Shown piece after piece: positions 9,948 to 20,330 of a stretch of DNA of 64,000 bases. The position numbers and the translations under genes are program-made. Source of the stretch: a virus; IMG/VR virus record IMGVR_UViG_2684622848_000004, positions 6,232-70,231 of that record. One strand, written 5' to 3'. The number at the start of each line of letters is the position of its first letter. The stretch's first letter is position 1. The notes under the pieces are model-generated. The model saw only the letters and a program-made list of their open reading frames with translations. It did not search any database and was not told the DNA's origin.

Positions 9948-10804
9948 CGCCCACGGCCCATTGATGTTATGCTGATTGACCCGAGCGCAATTGCCTCATT
10001 TGGATCTGCAATCACATCAGCAAAAGGTGCCTCAACAATCACATTGTTAATCCCGTCACGCATCGCAGTGCTGACCAACCAGGCCCGTGTAAGGTCTAGC
10101 CCAAGACGATCTTCAACCTCCCATGCAGCTCTCAGTTTCTCTTCCAACTCGATAGGCGCAGTGTCTCTGGCGTACTCCTCAAGCTGCACAATGAGTGCAA
10201 CGTCAACAATCTTAGTCACAGCAGATACGACATTGAAGCGGTCAGAGGTCACTCTATTATCTGGTAAAATCAGGTGGGAATACACCGCCACCAAAAGCTC
10301 AGGCCCCGCAATGCCTCCAGGTACTGTTGACAGAACTCCGACGTTTAGCGTTGGATCAATACCATCATCCCAGATTGCAACATCCATCACATCAATATGC
10401 GCATCCATCGCAAGCGCTTTGTAGCGCTCCTCTGGCCCGCCACCAGAGCGTCCGGCAATATGAAGAAGGAGCCGTTCACGAAAGCGAGTATCTTCTTCGC
10501 CCGTCATGCGAGCAACACCGTAAAAGTCAGCTAACTTATCCAATGGGACGCCTTGTGAATACATCACAAAATGAGAAACCCATTCGTCATTTATATGGTG
10601 CCGGGTATTGATGAGTTCCGTTGCAAAAGTCTCAAGTACTCGCCTTAGCGGGTCGGCCTGAATATTCAACGTTGTGTAAGAGACGTCATGAGCGCTGAAA
10701 TCAGTCATAACATTTTGTATCAATCGATCCGCGATTGTCTCAAAGGAAGTGTCGGTTATCAGCTCTGGAGGAAGAAGAGTATTATCGCTCATGACAGGTT
10801 CCAT
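9944..10804 (-). CDS. Baseplate assembly protein J
   Basis: LDKLADFYGV.R..GE.D..FR.R and SGGGPEERY motifs. Confidence 0.92.
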   Translation of the reverse strand: MEPVMSDNTLLPPELITDTSFETIADRLIQNVMTDFSAHDVSYTTLNIQADPLRRVLETFATELINTRHHINDEWVSHFVMYSQGVPLDKLADFYGVARMTGEEDTRFRERLLLHIAGRSGGGPEERYKALAMDAHIDVMDVAIWDDGIDPTLNVGVLSTVPGGIAGPELLVAVYSHLILPDNRVTSDRFNVVSAVTKIVDVALIVQLEEYARDTAPIELEEKLRAAWEVEDRLGLDLTRAWLVSTAMRDGINNVIVEAPFADVIADPNEAIALGSISITSMGRGR

Positions 10805-10815
10805 GTCTTAGGCTC

Positions 10816-11217
10816 TTACGCAAGCAAGTCTGGCTTCGAATATGCGACGTCTTTCCGTTCAGCTCGTTCAAAAGAACCCAAGTGGCCCAAGGGAAAATAG
10901 ATACCTGATAATATCGTAGTTAACTTCGCAGGAACTGAAGCATCTATCGAAATATTCTCTAGATGAAATCGTGGCTCTCCATACCAAGTGCCACGAACCA
11001 AACGTGGCTGTAATGCAAGTGCGATAGAAAAGTAAAAGTCGACAATCAAATCTTGATGTTGAGGTTTATCGATAAGCTTAGAGATGTCACAACCCCAGTC
11101 TCGACGTTGAGCATATGAACCCAACTCGGCTTTAAGCGTGGTCAATATACAGTCTGTTGTATTTTCCCAGCCAGAATTCAATTCCGGCTGGGAAGTGCTA
11201 AAACCGAAGCTCGACAT
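10816..11217 (-). CDS. Baseplate wedge protein (gpW/gp25-like)
   Basis: ILTTLKAELGSYAQRRDWG..I..LID.P, EPRF motifs. Confidence 0.85.
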   Translation of the reverse strand: MSSFGFSTSQPELNSGWENTTDCILTTLKAELGSYAQRRDWGCDISKLIDKPQHQDLIVDFYFSIALALQPRLVRGTWYGEPRFHLENISIDASVPAKLTTILSGIYFPLGHLGSFERAERKDVAYSKPDLLA

Positions 11218-11417
11218 TATTTGTCCACGTCTGTTTTATCTTTAGACACACTCTGGCGCACCGAACTGTTTTTCTTTGCAGCAGGTTCTTTTTCTTCTAC
11301 CAAATTGCCAGCTCTGCGATCAGCATCAGTGGCGAAAGGTGTACTGGTGATAACTTCATCTTTCTTACGCAAAGTACCATCAAACCAGAATGGCTTAAGG
11401 CAACGATATTTTTTCAT
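11217..11417 (-). CDS. Small hypothetical protein
   Basis: Coupled ORF with GGAG RBS in baseplate operon. Confidence 0.65.
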   Translation of the reverse strand: MKKYRCLKPFWFDGTLRKKDEVITSTPFATDADRRAGNLVEEKEPAAKKNSSVRQSVSKDKTDVDK

Positions 11418-11431
11418 GTTTTTCTCCTAAA

Positions 11432-11953
11432 TTATGCTGGCGGGCCGGTGTTTTGGTTGCCCGGTTCAATGCCCTGATGCTGATGATCATGACCAACGTT
11501 CTTATCGTTATGCGTGAGACTTTCGCCATTAACTTTCACGTCCCCGACAAGCCTGATTGTCGATGCCGAGATGATCATTTCTTCATCGGACATTTTCATG
11601 CTTGTATCGCCTACTCCTTTAAACCACTGTCCGAGTTGGTCATGCGGTTGCAGAAACTCATCAGTGTATCCACCAGGCAAAACAAGGCCTCGCCCCGGTT
11701 CTCCTGTGGGATTAAGAACCAGAACCCTTTCTCCTTTTGAAAGAGGAGCCCACTCAGTAATGGCGCCTGCGCGGGTCAACTGAGGGAGGCGGTCACTATC
11801 AAGCCCCTGCATTTTGACTTCAACGGTGCCATCCTCATAAGAGGCTGTAACCTTTGCTTCGCGCATGAAATTGTTCTGCGCACGCAAGAGGTGGCGTGTC
11901 AGATTCTCAAGGCGCTCCAACCGAAGCAGGAGCTCATCGATAAAGTTGGGCAT
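11432..11953 (-). CDS. Baseplate spike protein (gpV-like)
   Basis: WAPLSKGERVLVLNPTGE motif, C-terminal HDHQH metal-binding tip; start reassigned to ATG 11953. Confidence 0.9.
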   Translation of the reverse strand: MPNFIDELLLRLERLENLTRHLLRAQNNFMREAKVTASYEDGTVEVKMQGLDSDRLPQLTRAGAITEWAPLSKGERVLVLNPTGEPGRGLVLPGGYTDEFLQPHDQLGQWFKGVGDTSMKMSDEEMIISASTIRLVGDVKVNGESLTHNDKNVGHDHQHQGIEPGNQNTGPPA

Positions 11954-11954
11954 G

Positions 11955-12713
11955 TCACGAGCTGCCGTTTGAAGCGTGGAACACAATTTCAGGGGTAATA
12001 GATACCGGGGCATCAGGCTTAGGAATGCCGAGGGCTTCTCGCACCTTATTGGGGTAGTTCAGGTGCACAGCATGTTGCGTTGACAGAGAGAGTTCTTTGT
12101 CAAAAGCGTAGGCTTCAAGAAGGTCCTCAACGTACTCGCCGTACTCGCCCTTACTGCGAAGTTCTTCCAGAAAAGCGGTAACTTCTTCGCTTGGCTGGCC
12201 CACAATTGGGTCACGATCACACAGCACTTCAACCGTGATCTGGCGAGCAGCAACCTTGGATCCTCCTTCAACAGTTGCCCCACGGCGACTGATAACATTG
12301 TCATAGCTATTGATCAGAGATCTATAGGCATCACAAGCAAGATTATCGCCATGCAGTGCTCGGAAAATCTGCGCCTCGAACATATCAAGCGAGTACTCAA
12401 GCTCAGCGTCTGTGTTGGGGAGGTTCAGGTTAAAGGTTTCGTCCTCATCAACATCAAAAGCACCTATGAACACCTCGAAGGTGATGGTGATCGTCCGCTT
12501 ATCTCTCTCGTACCCAAGAGCAGGAGGTCCATTGAAATCATAGTCTGTGTAGACTACGCACATTGGATACACGGTATCTTTCTTCTGCGTATGGACTGGC
12601 TCAATTTTACTATCAAAGATAAGCCTGCCCGCTATGGTTGGGAGTGGCTCATCCATATAGTTAGATAGTGCTGATACCACCGCCCACCGCAAGACTATCC
12701 GATTGAGGATCAT
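11955..12713 (-). CDS. Hypothetical virion protein (tail completion/terminator position)
   Basis: 252 aa coupled ORF between head-closure gene and gpV. Confidence 0.6.
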   Translation of the reverse strand: MILNRIVLRWAVVSALSNYMDEPLPTIAGRLIFDSKIEPVHTQKKDTVYPMCVVYTDYDFNGPPALGYERDKRTITITFEVFIGAFDVDEDETFNLNLPNTDAELEYSLDMFEAQIFRALHGDNLACDAYRSLINSYDNVISRRGATVEGGSKVAARQITVEVLCDRDPIVGQPSEEVTAFLEELRSKGEYGEYVEDLLEAYAFDKELSLSTQHAVHLNYPNKVREALGIPKPDAPVSITPEIVFHASNGSS

Positions 12714-13132
12714 CGTGTGACCTCCAACACGCGAAGCCGCATTTCAATGCGCTCCATACCGTCTGGTTGAACATCTAAAATCTTGAATTTTGGGAATTCA
12801 GGTTTGGAGGTGATTTCGAAAATATCACCCTGCTCTGGATGAGTTTCCAAGTTCTCAAAGTAGTGAGCTGCAACCGAGGCAAAGGGAGCGCTACCGATTG
12901 AGATCGCTCTGAAATCGTTAGCTTCCCTGTAGGTCTTACGTACGCCCAATTGCATGCCAAATTCTTTTGCTGCGTAAATAAAGGGGCAGCGCCCCACAAC
13001 GACCGCTCTGTTGGGGTCAGGCTTGGCGCGACTGTTAGTGGTTTCATCAGACATAGGAGTGATTTTGAACTCATAATCTCCCATGACATCATCAATGGTG
13101 TCAGAAGCCATATGCACCAAGTCCTGAAACAT
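12710..13132 (-). CDS. Head-tail joining (head closure) protein
   Basis: Position; C-terminal F.I.DVQPDG..RI.M.L pattern. Confidence 0.6.
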   Translation of the reverse strand: MFQDLVHMASDTIDDVMGDYEFKITPMSDETTNSRAKPDPNRAVVVGRCPFIYAAKEFGMQLGVRKTYREANDFRAISIGSAPFASVAAHYFENLETHPEQGDIFEITSKPEFPKFKILDVQPDGMERIEMRLRVLEVTR

Positions 13133-13137
13133 CCCTC

Positions 13138-13350
13138 TTATCCCTTGGAAGTGGTCTTGCGGGGAGTGCCTCGTTTCGCAGGTGCTTTTTGGGCGTCCTG
13201 TTCAAGCGGCTCACCATCTTCATCCACTTCAATCAATAGCCCTGCTTTCACGTAGCCCTTCGCACCTTCTTCAGTTAGGCGCAGAGCAGTGTCTACAGCA
13301 AAGGGTTTGCCCTCAATTATCGTTCTGCCAGTGGTCTTGTAGTTTTTCAT
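13138..13350 (-). CDS. Small hypothetical protein
   Basis: GGAG RBS, 70 aa, K-rich tail, after DUF2190. Confidence 0.65.
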   Translation of the reverse strand: MKNYKTTGRTIIEGKPFAVDTALRLTEEGAKGYVKAGLLIEVDEDGEPLEQDAQKAPAKRGTPRKTTSKG

Positions 13351-13409
13351 CGTGGGCTCCGCAATGTGGGTGCGCTATGATCAGCGCACCCAATTGATAA
13401 GGTCAGCAC

Positions 13410-13751
13410 TTAGAAGCTGCGCAGCAGCATGATCCGCCCGATTGTGGCATCAACTGAAGCAGGCTGTTCTGCAACGCCCGCATAAGTGTTGTCGGTCGCG
13501 GTCGTGGTCATGGTGTCAGTATCTTCGTCGTAGTAGAGCTTTACGCCCTGCTCCCAGACTTGAGCACCTGTTTTGCCGTACTCGTAGACACCTCCGGTGG
13601 TGTCCAGTTCGTACTCATCGCCTTCTTCAGCGCTGGTTTGAGAAATTCCAGACATTGCGCCGACCGCGTAGAATTTGCCCGATTGGGCGCCACCGGTTCC
13701 AGCAACCACCGTCACGCGTTCACCGGATTTGATATAGTTCTGAGCCATCAC
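13410..13751 (-). CDS. DUF2190-family capsid cement/decoration protein
   Basis: AQNYIKSG start, GGVYE..K..AQVW..G..LYYD pattern; follows major capsid. Confidence 0.85.
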   Translation of the reverse strand: MMAQNYIKSGERVTVVAGTGGAQSGKFYAVGAMSGISQTSAEEGDEYELDTTGGVYEYGKTGAQVWEQGVKLYYDEDTDTMTTTATDNTYAGVAEQPASVDATIGRIMLLRSF

Positions 13752-13772
13752 TCTTCCTCAGAGTTTGGACAT

Positions 13773-13794
13773 AAAAAAACCGGCTAGAGCCGGT
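13773..13794 (-). terminator. Intrinsic terminator after major capsid gene
   Basis: ACCGGC-TCTA-GCCGGT followed by T6 on minus strand. Confidence 0.7.
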
Positions 13795-13820
13795 CGTTCA
13801 TGTGCTGGTTTAAGTAAGGG

Positions 13821-15872
13821 TTATTCACCAGCGTTGCGCTGGATTGCTTTCCGATCAACAGGTGCTGCACCAAAGTCCAGACGAATCTTGAGCTGCATCC
13901 CATCAACTTTAAAGCCCATCTGAGTTTCAGTAGATGGGCCGTTCTCACCTTCCAGATAGGCAAACTCAACTGCAGGTGCCTGATTGGGATCAGCAACCAT
14001 ATGCCATGCTTTCCCGCTGATATCTGATAGACGATCTTCAACGATGCGTTCGTAGCCTGTCAGATACTCAGGAACAGTGTCTGTGGTCTTCGTTGGCGAG
14101 ATCGGCGCAAATAGATGAGCTGCAGGCAACTCCAGTTCTGTCGGCAGTAGGATAAAGCGAGGACGTAAGCGCAACTTTACCTTGCCAGAAACGTCCAGCT
14201 GCTGAGACATCCTGATCCGTCCGGCAGCGATTGCATTCAGCGAGAGCGCCGATGCTGCGCCAGTGAGCAGGTTCTTGTGGTCAGCATGGAACAGAGCCTT
14301 GCCGTCCGACATTTTCTTGTTGTCGACCAAGCAGTTGTAAACAACGTCGGATTCCAGAATTGAAACCTGATTACCAAACTTGCGTGGCAGGTCATTAAAG
14401 ACGTTCAGGTCATCATTGACAATGGCTTGGCGGGTAATGCCGATGATGCGGCCATAAGTGCCGATGCGGTAGCTTTCTTTACCTTCACCGATAGTAGTGC
14501 TCTCGTATTCACCATTCTCATTGACCTTGCGCAGCTCGCCAACTTCGCCAACACTGATGCGGTGCATGTCACGGAAATCCGTTGCCGTTGCCTGCTTGGC
14601 CCAACCGCGGAATGTTTGAGTTTCTCCCTGATAGGCCTGCATCACCTGACGGTTTACAACACCTTCCAGAATGATCGGGAAATCACTGGTACCTTGGAAT
14701 GCGCGTTCCGCCAGTTCCATGGCGCTCAAACCGCGAGTTCTTTCGCCAGCAAGCTCCAGACATTCGCGAGCCATTTCCTTCAAGGTCAGGCCACGATAAT
14801 CGCGAGCAGGGTCAGTGAGCTTATAGTGGCCGGGAGAACAACGATGCAATACCGCATTTGTCATTGCTTCGCGTCGCGTGTCTACTTCGTCCTGGCGGCC
14901 CCTAGGTTCAGCGGAGTTGGAGTGAGGGAAGGTCTCGCTTCGCTCCTCATCCTGTGCCTTTGCATCCAGAATTGCATCCTTGAAATCAGCAACAGACGTA
15001 CCATCGTCGATTGCTTTGCGTACCTTGGCATCCGCCATGTTGTGCTGTTGCCCCAGAACATGAATTGATCGGGCGCGCTCTCGCTCCTGCTCACGGGCTT
15101 CATCAGCAGCTGCTCCCCGTTCCGCATCAACATCCACAGGAGGTGTTGAAGAGGCGTCGTTAACAACGACAGGGGGTTGAGCATTGCGCTCGCCACCGGT
15201 TGCGGAAGGTTTGTTTGCATCAGGTGCCGGGTCCGCATTGCGCTTTGGCATGTCTTCATCCTCTTGAATTAATGCCGTATCTTCCACGGCAGCTTCGGAG
15301 CGTACTAGGACGCAGTCGAATTCGGTTTCATCATTAGGCTTGACTGAGCGTGAGTGCGCACCGGCATCAGCTGGCACAGGAACAACAGAGATCTCTGAAG
15401 GCTCCCAATCAATTGCCCGCCATTCCGGAGCTGGCTCATCGTCTTTTTCGATTTTCTCAAATTTGTAGACCCGATACCCAACACTCACTTGGAATGGATG
15501 GCCGTCACGCAAATCCTGAATGATCTGTTCTGATGTCTCTGAAGAGTTGAGTTTGACAAGGCAGTATCCCTTGCCGTCAGCCAGTCGCACGCTTCCAGGA
15601 ACAATCGTACCAAGGCGATCTTTCATGCTCCACTGCGAGTGCGAGTCGAGCAGTGACATGCCTTTTTCAAAACGCTCCATTCGCATGGCTTCAGAAGACA
15701 TGACCAGTACTTCATTGTAAGGGCCATGCTGCCAGGAGTTGCGCATGTAAGGCGTGTCGGTCGCGAAGATGACTTCAACCGTGCGCTCACCTTCGTTGAA
15801 GGTTGCTGAACGCACTTCTCCCGGGGCGTTCCCTTTAGGGATCCGGATATTCTCTTGCAGTCGCTTTGGCAT
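13821..15872 (-). CDS. Prohead protease - major capsid protein fusion
   Basis: N-terminal HK97-type protease (LLDSH, DWEPSEISVVPVPAD), linker, capsid domain (STSDF-like GTSDFP, TYGRIIGITRQAIVNDDL). Confidence 0.93.
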   Translation of the reverse strand: MPKRLQENIRIPKGNAPGEVRSATFNEGERTVEVIFATDTPYMRNSWQHGPYNEVLVMSSEAMRMERFEKGMSLLDSHSQWSMKDRLGTIVPGSVRLADGKGYCLVKLNSSETSEQIIQDLRDGHPFQVSVGYRVYKFEKIEKDDEPAPEWRAIDWEPSEISVVPVPADAGAHSRSVKPNDETEFDCVLVRSEAAVEDTALIQEDEDMPKRNADPAPDANKPSATGGERNAQPPVVVNDASSTPPVDVDAERGAAADEAREQERERARSIHVLGQQHNMADAKVRKAIDDGTSVADFKDAILDAKAQDEERSETFPHSNSAEPRGRQDEVDTRREAMTNAVLHRCSPGHYKLTDPARDYRGLTLKEMARECLELAGERTRGLSAMELAERAFQGTSDFPIILEGVVNRQVMQAYQGETQTFRGWAKQATATDFRDMHRISVGEVGELRKVNENGEYESTTIGEGKESYRIGTYGRIIGITRQAIVNDDLNVFNDLPRKFGNQVSILESDVVYNCLVDNKKMSDGKALFHADHKNLLTGAASALSLNAIAAGRIRMSQQLDVSGKVKLRLRPRFILLPTELELPAAHLFAPISPTKTTDTVPEYLTGYERIVEDRLSDISGKAWHMVADPNQAPAVEFAYLEGENGPSTETQMGFKVDGMQLKIRLDFGAAPVDRKAIQRNAGE

Positions 15873-15880
15873 GAGGTTTC

Positions 15881-17413
15881 CTAGCTTTCGTCGCTATCAT
15901 TGCCCTCGCCAGATGGATCACCTGCGAGGAAAGCTTGCATTTGCTGGTGAAGCTGACCTTGGCTGGTCAAATAGCGCGGGTCGGAGTCCAAAATGATGCC
16001 CATGTCGTCGAGTAAAACATTGGCCTCTTGGATCTCCTCCAGCACCTTACGTGGGTTGCCACCGCGTTCTGTTATCACTTGTTGCAGGGTCTTCATGCCC
16101 GATCTGATCGCGATTAAGTCTGCGCGAACATCATCAATCGGATTGATGTGCTCAAAAATCGGCAGCGTCCACATCACCGGGATGGGTTCTTCAGGGGCAA
16201 TGCCCACAAGGTGTGCCATTTCAAGAAACCAGCGCCAAACCGGACGGCAAACCTGATGGATCATCAGGTGTTTCTGGCAGCGGCGCACAAACGCACGATA
16301 GGCAACCAGAGCGGAGCGTCCTGAGGAATAGTTGACCTGCCCAAAGTCTTTGGCAACCAGCTCGTAAGGTGCCCGCATGCCCGCTGAAATACCCCTTAAT
16401 GATAATCGAGTAAACTGCTCGGTATTGCCGCCAACAGCAGGCGCGTTGAAATTGAGTTGACCTTTTCCTCTAGTAAGATAGATCAATCCTGGTTCGATCT
16501 GCTCTATCCTGTTGCCATCTGTATCAAAAACACCAACCCCAACAGTAGCGTCGGTTTCTGATATCTGCTCTTCCCCAATATCCAAAGACCCAACCAGGCA
16601 AGCTTCAGTTAGCTTACGAACCAGTTCAGCTCCCTCGTAATCCCTGTATTCTTTTGCGTCGATGATAATTGGTGTGGTCCACGGGAGTCCTCTCACCTGA
16701 GTTCGCTTGGGCTCATACAGGTGGAACACATCTGCGGACTTAATTAGTTTTGACGTTGCCTGCCCGCCGCCAAATCCGTTGGCATCATTGGGGTGACTGG
16801 AGTACATCCAATAGCCGGTGCGCGCACCAATCTTGTCAAATTCAATACCACTCACGATCTGCCGGTTCTTGGAACTGGCTTCACGCTTGCTCTCATCAAT
16901 GAACTCAGATTCAAAGACCTGTACCTGCATGGGCACCAAACGTTCATCCAGAAAGCGGCGGGTGCGACGGCGACCAAACATTTCTCCGGAACCAACAAGG
17001 CCCGCGCACAGCTGGCCTTGTTGGCCATAAAAGTCTAATTGCCCGTCAGGGGCAGACTTTTCAACCCACAAATCCCACGCGTCATTGATGCGTTGGTTGA
17101 GATCGGGGTTATTACTGGCAGCACGAGGGATAATACCCGTGCCCACAAAGTTATCGACGTGGGTGCTGACCGCACTCTCAACATACTTGTTGTTGTTGAT
17201 AAGATCACGAGATCGAGCGCGCAATGTCGCAGCATTCGCCTGAATGTCCGTATCAGGTGAGTTAGAGCTGGGCCGCCAGTTACTGACACGAGGACCGCTA
17301 CTAGCACCGTCATAACCTCTGGTGACTACATCAAGCACCGCCCGCGCTCGCGCTCTTTTCAAACCAGAGGACGGAGAAAAGAAGCTTATCGTTTTATCAA
17401 GAACGTTGGCCAT
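15881..17413 (-). CDS. Lambda-family portal protein
   Basis: RGYDGA, LRARSRDL..NN, VNYSSGR, INPIDD motifs. Confidence 0.95.
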   Translation of the reverse strand: MANVLDKTISFFSPSSGLKRARARAVLDVVTRGYDGASSGPRVSNWRPSSNSPDTDIQANAATLRARSRDLINNNKYVESAVSTHVDNFVGTGIIPRAASNNPDLNQRINDAWDLWVEKSAPDGQLDFYGQQGQLCAGLVGSGEMFGRRRTRRFLDERLVPMQVQVFESEFIDESKREASSKNRQIVSGIEFDKIGARTGYWMYSSHPNDANGFGGGQATSKLIKSADVFHLYEPKRTQVRGLPWTTPIIIDAKEYRDYEGAELVRKLTEACLVGSLDIGEEQISETDATVGVGVFDTDGNRIEQIEPGLIYLTRGKGQLNFNAPAVGGNTEQFTRLSLRGISAGMRAPYELVAKDFGQVNYSSGRSALVAYRAFVRRCQKHLMIHQVCRPVWRWFLEMAHLVGIAPEEPIPVMWTLPIFEHINPIDDVRADLIAIRSGMKTLQQVITERGGNPRKVLEEIQEANVLLDDMGIILDSDPRYLTSQGQLHQQMQAFLAGDPSGEGNDSDES

Positions 17414-17646
17414 TACAGTCCATTCGAGAAGTTGGTACGAATAACGGATCTAGAGCGCTTTCCGTCGGCTGCATCGATGGACTGCTTTAGGTCACGGATT
17501 GCCTGAACCATTTCGCTGTCAGACTTGTATTCCACGTCGTAGTCACGGAATTTCACTCGCGCAGCTCCAGAAAACCGCGCCTTTTCAAGCTTATTCAAAA
17601 GCTCTTTCTTTTCGCTGGTCGTCAGGCCGGATATATCGTCACTCAC
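17413..17646 (-). CDS. Head-tail adaptor (lambda gpW-like)
   Basis: G...VKFRDYDVEYKS..EM pattern between terminase and portal. Confidence 0.8.
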   Translation of the reverse strand: MSDDISGLTTSEKKELLNKLEKARFSGAARVKFRDYDVEYKSDSEMVQAIRDLKQSIDAADGKRSRSVIRTNFSNGL

Positions 17647-19664
17647 CAGATGCTCCCTCGCTCACCAAACCAGTTGCTCTTTTTCTTCTGCTGACGTCTT
17701 GTGGTCTTGGAAACGCGCCGGACCGGAGAGTTTGCACGCAATTGGAGAACGTTCTCCAACTTACCTGCTGCAGCCTGCATCGCTTCACAATCAAAATAGT
17801 GGTTGTCTTTTTGGCGCTGGACCCATTTGACCTGACCACTCGCCTTCTTCAAACGAGCCTCGGACACCATCTGCTTGCAGTAGTCCTCCGAAACATCTTC
17901 AGGGAGATGCCATGCACCCAGCTGGTCACTTTCCCAGTTGAGCCGTTCATGCACCCAGCGTTTGAAGTAGTCCGTATCAAGCCGGTAGTGCTCGATCTCG
18001 TTCTTGAGAAGTGTACCGTTCACATTCACGTCTACCTTCGTAGCCGCGATGGGGCGAAGCATCTGCGAAGAAGAGCCTTTTGTTGCCCGGGCAATTCGTT
18101 TGTTCCGCTGACAAAACTCATAGACGCGGTGAATTGGGACTTCGTCTTTCTTACCTGGCCTAAATCCCGCATCGATGAGAGCGAGACGGATCGGGATACC
18201 GTCAAAGTCTTTCTGCAAAAGCTCTTCCAGGTCTTCCCAGACAAAGTGCTCTTTGGTCTCGCCATACAGCTGTCCGTATTCAAGGAGCCACGAAGTTGCG
18301 CGTTCACCCCATCCACGAATGGTGTAATACAGGCAGTTTTTCTGCACATCGATGCATGTCGTGATCTTCTTCACGCCGCTGGGGGCCTGCCCGATCACAT
18401 AGCTTGGTGAGGCGAGTTCCTTCACCTTGGACCAGCTGGGAACCTCTCCGCCACCAGGAGCATACAGCTCACCAAAGGAAGCGTTGATGCAGACCTGAAT
18501 TTCATCAGGATCACCGGTCTTTACCGCTTCCACATATTCTGCAGCTCTATCACCCCAGGTAACAAAAGGTGATGCTAGTCCACTGACCCAAAGGCTTTTG
18601 GTCCAGCTTTCAGGCTCTGCGCCTAAAACCGTTCCATCCGGCTGAATACTTTGGCCCGGGGCAACCGGGACGCCGCGAGCATTCATCTTCTCTTTATGAG
18701 AATGATCAATATCCAGACCACATACAGCGCACTGCAGTCTTGCCGTATTGCGTGCAATAATCGGATCTGAAGCCAGTTCCCGCCCTGTATGATCTACTGG
18801 CTTGTCCCACTTTAGATTTCGAAATCGCGGGATGAAATACTCACCACAATGTGGGCAAGGCCATGCCCAGTGATGCCGTGTTCCGGATTGCCACATCCTC
18901 CAGATAGTAGATTCAATCTGGTCAGGTTCCTGTTCAGCCCAGAATTCAAGCCCAGTTTCCTCATCACGCTCTATCTCCGAAACACCGATTGATGGCGTCG
19001 AGGATGCAGCATGAACAAAATCTGCGTAGGTCTCACCGCGCTTATCAATGAGTCGGAGAGGATTACCCTGCCCTTTGACGTTGGCGATGAGTTCATCAAC
19101 TTCATCACTGAGTGCAAGTCCGAAGGGGTCTGACTTCAGCGCAGTTGAGGACCCCCCATGTGCCAGCCGAAGCGGAACGCCTGCGCATACCTTCTTCGTC
19201 TTGGTCTGGCGTTTAGTTGCACTAACTTTGTCGGCAAGAGCTGCGGTGTCCGTAAGGAAATCCTCAACCCGAGGTTCAAGCTGTTCTTTAATAAACTGCT
19301 TGGTGGGACCAACAAGGATCATTGGAACTGGAGAGGTGTCTAGCCTCTCGCCAATAATATCAAAATAGCTATCCGTTTTTCCGCCTTGCGCATGCATCAC
19401 AAGCACAACACGCTTATGCGTTCTGGCCTGTACCCAGCGAACAAAGGGGATGTTGTAGGGTGTCAGCTCTGGCTTGCGTGGTCCGGGGTGGCCACTGTGT
19501 TTTGGATACACACGATTGTGCCTACCCCACTCATCCGGCGTCATCCTCGGACTTGGCTTCAGAAGCTCCGCTACCCTGCTGTAAAGCTTTGGTAGTTTTG
19601 AGGAAACTTCCAACCAGTCTGCTTCGCTCACCATCACAGATTTTTTCAATGCGGCGCCGTTCAT
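17643..19664 (-). CDS. terL: Terminase large subunit (lambda GpA family); start uncertain (19664 to 19544)
   Basis: HAQGGKT Walker A, LSDEVD Walker B, STP, CPHCGE, CIDVQ, DNHYFDC motifs. Confidence 0.96.
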   Translation of the reverse strand: MNGAALKKSVMVSEADWLEVSSKLPKLYSRVAELLKPSPRMTPDEWGRHNRVYPKHSGHPGPRKPELTPYNIPFVRWVQARTHKRVVLVMHAQGGKTDSYFDIIGERLDTSPVPMILVGPTKQFIKEQLEPRVEDFLTDTAALADKVSATKRQTKTKKVCAGVPLRLAHGGSSTALKSDPFGLALSDEVDELIANVKGQGNPLRLIDKRGETYADFVHAASSTPSIGVSEIERDEETGLEFWAEQEPDQIESTIWRMWQSGTRHHWAWPCPHCGEYFIPRFRNLKWDKPVDHTGRELASDPIIARNTARLQCAVCGLDIDHSHKEKMNARGVPVAPGQSIQPDGTVLGAEPESWTKSLWVSGLASPFVTWGDRAAEYVEAVKTGDPDEIQVCINASFGELYAPGGGEVPSWSKVKELASPSYVIGQAPSGVKKITTCIDVQKNCLYYTIRGWGERATSWLLEYGQLYGETKEHFVWEDLEELLQKDFDGIPIRLALIDAGFRPGKKDEVPIHRVYEFCQRNKRIARATKGSSSQMLRPIAATKVDVNVNGTLLKNEIEHYRLDTDYFKRWVHERLNWESDQLGAWHLPEDVSEDYCKQMVSEARLKKASGQVKWVQRQKDNHYFDCEAMQAAAGKLENVLQLRANSPVRRVSKTTRRQQKKKSNWFGERGSIW

Positions 19665-20097
19665 CCAGATCCCTTGTGATCTGCGCTGGAAGTGTGGACA
19701 TGGAGGTCAAGAACTCACCAGTCACATCTTCCAGAGCTTCCATGGCCTCATCAATTGTGATCAACTCACGATCTTCACGGGCCATCTTGCGAACCAGAGC
19801 TTGCTCACGGCGCTGCGCCAGCTTGTCGGCACTGTTTGGCGCCAACTTTGAAACTTCGCCCTGCACTTTGAAATCGATGAAGGCCTTCACGTTGAATGTG
19901 AGAGGGAACTTCCCTCGGCCTTCCTTGCGCAGCACACCTTCAGAAACGAGCTGGCCGAGCCTGCGCGGCGTGATATCCAGGAACTTGGCCATCTCACCCG
20001 AGCCGACCATCTCCGGGAGCTTGCTATTTGCAGGCGCTGCGCGCTTGGCGCATGCAATCTTCTTTGCCTTCGCATCCTTAGGTGTCTTAGTTGCCAT
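19531..20097 (-). CDS. terS: Terminase small subunit (Nu1-like)
   Basis: Winged-HTH EMAKFLDITPRRLGQLVSEG..GKFPL followed by coiled coil; upstream of terL. Confidence 0.88.
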   Translation of the reverse strand: MATKTPKDAKAKKIACAKRAAPANSKLPEMVGSGEMAKFLDITPRRLGQLVSEGVLRKEGRGKFPLTFNVKAFIDFKVQGEVSKLAPNSADKLAQRREQALVRKMAREDRELITIDEAMEALEDVTGEFLTSMSTLPAQITRDLDERRRIEKICDGERSRLVGSFLKTTKALQQGSGASEAKSEDDAG

Positions 20098-20330
20098 GCA
20101 TTTGAACTCTTTTTAAAAAACGGCAGGTCCGTGAGATTGGCTCGTCACCACTTCCAAACGTGGATCCAAACATCCCGCGTTTCGCTGGGAAAAAGGTTCC
20201 CCGGCTATCGATGCCTGCCCACCGACTCCTCCCTGCCCCTTGGGAGGAATAAGGGCCTCCGCACACGCCTACAAATACTCCTGGTGGAACCAGAACCTTC
20301 AACGTGTGCAGAGAGGACTATGCGTCAGTG

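Noticed and set aside
17499-18410. Long antisense ORFs (303 aa here; also 14427-15068, 42402-43082, 62732-63361)
   Set aside because: Shadow frames fully inside well-supported genes on the opposite strand, without RBS or motifs
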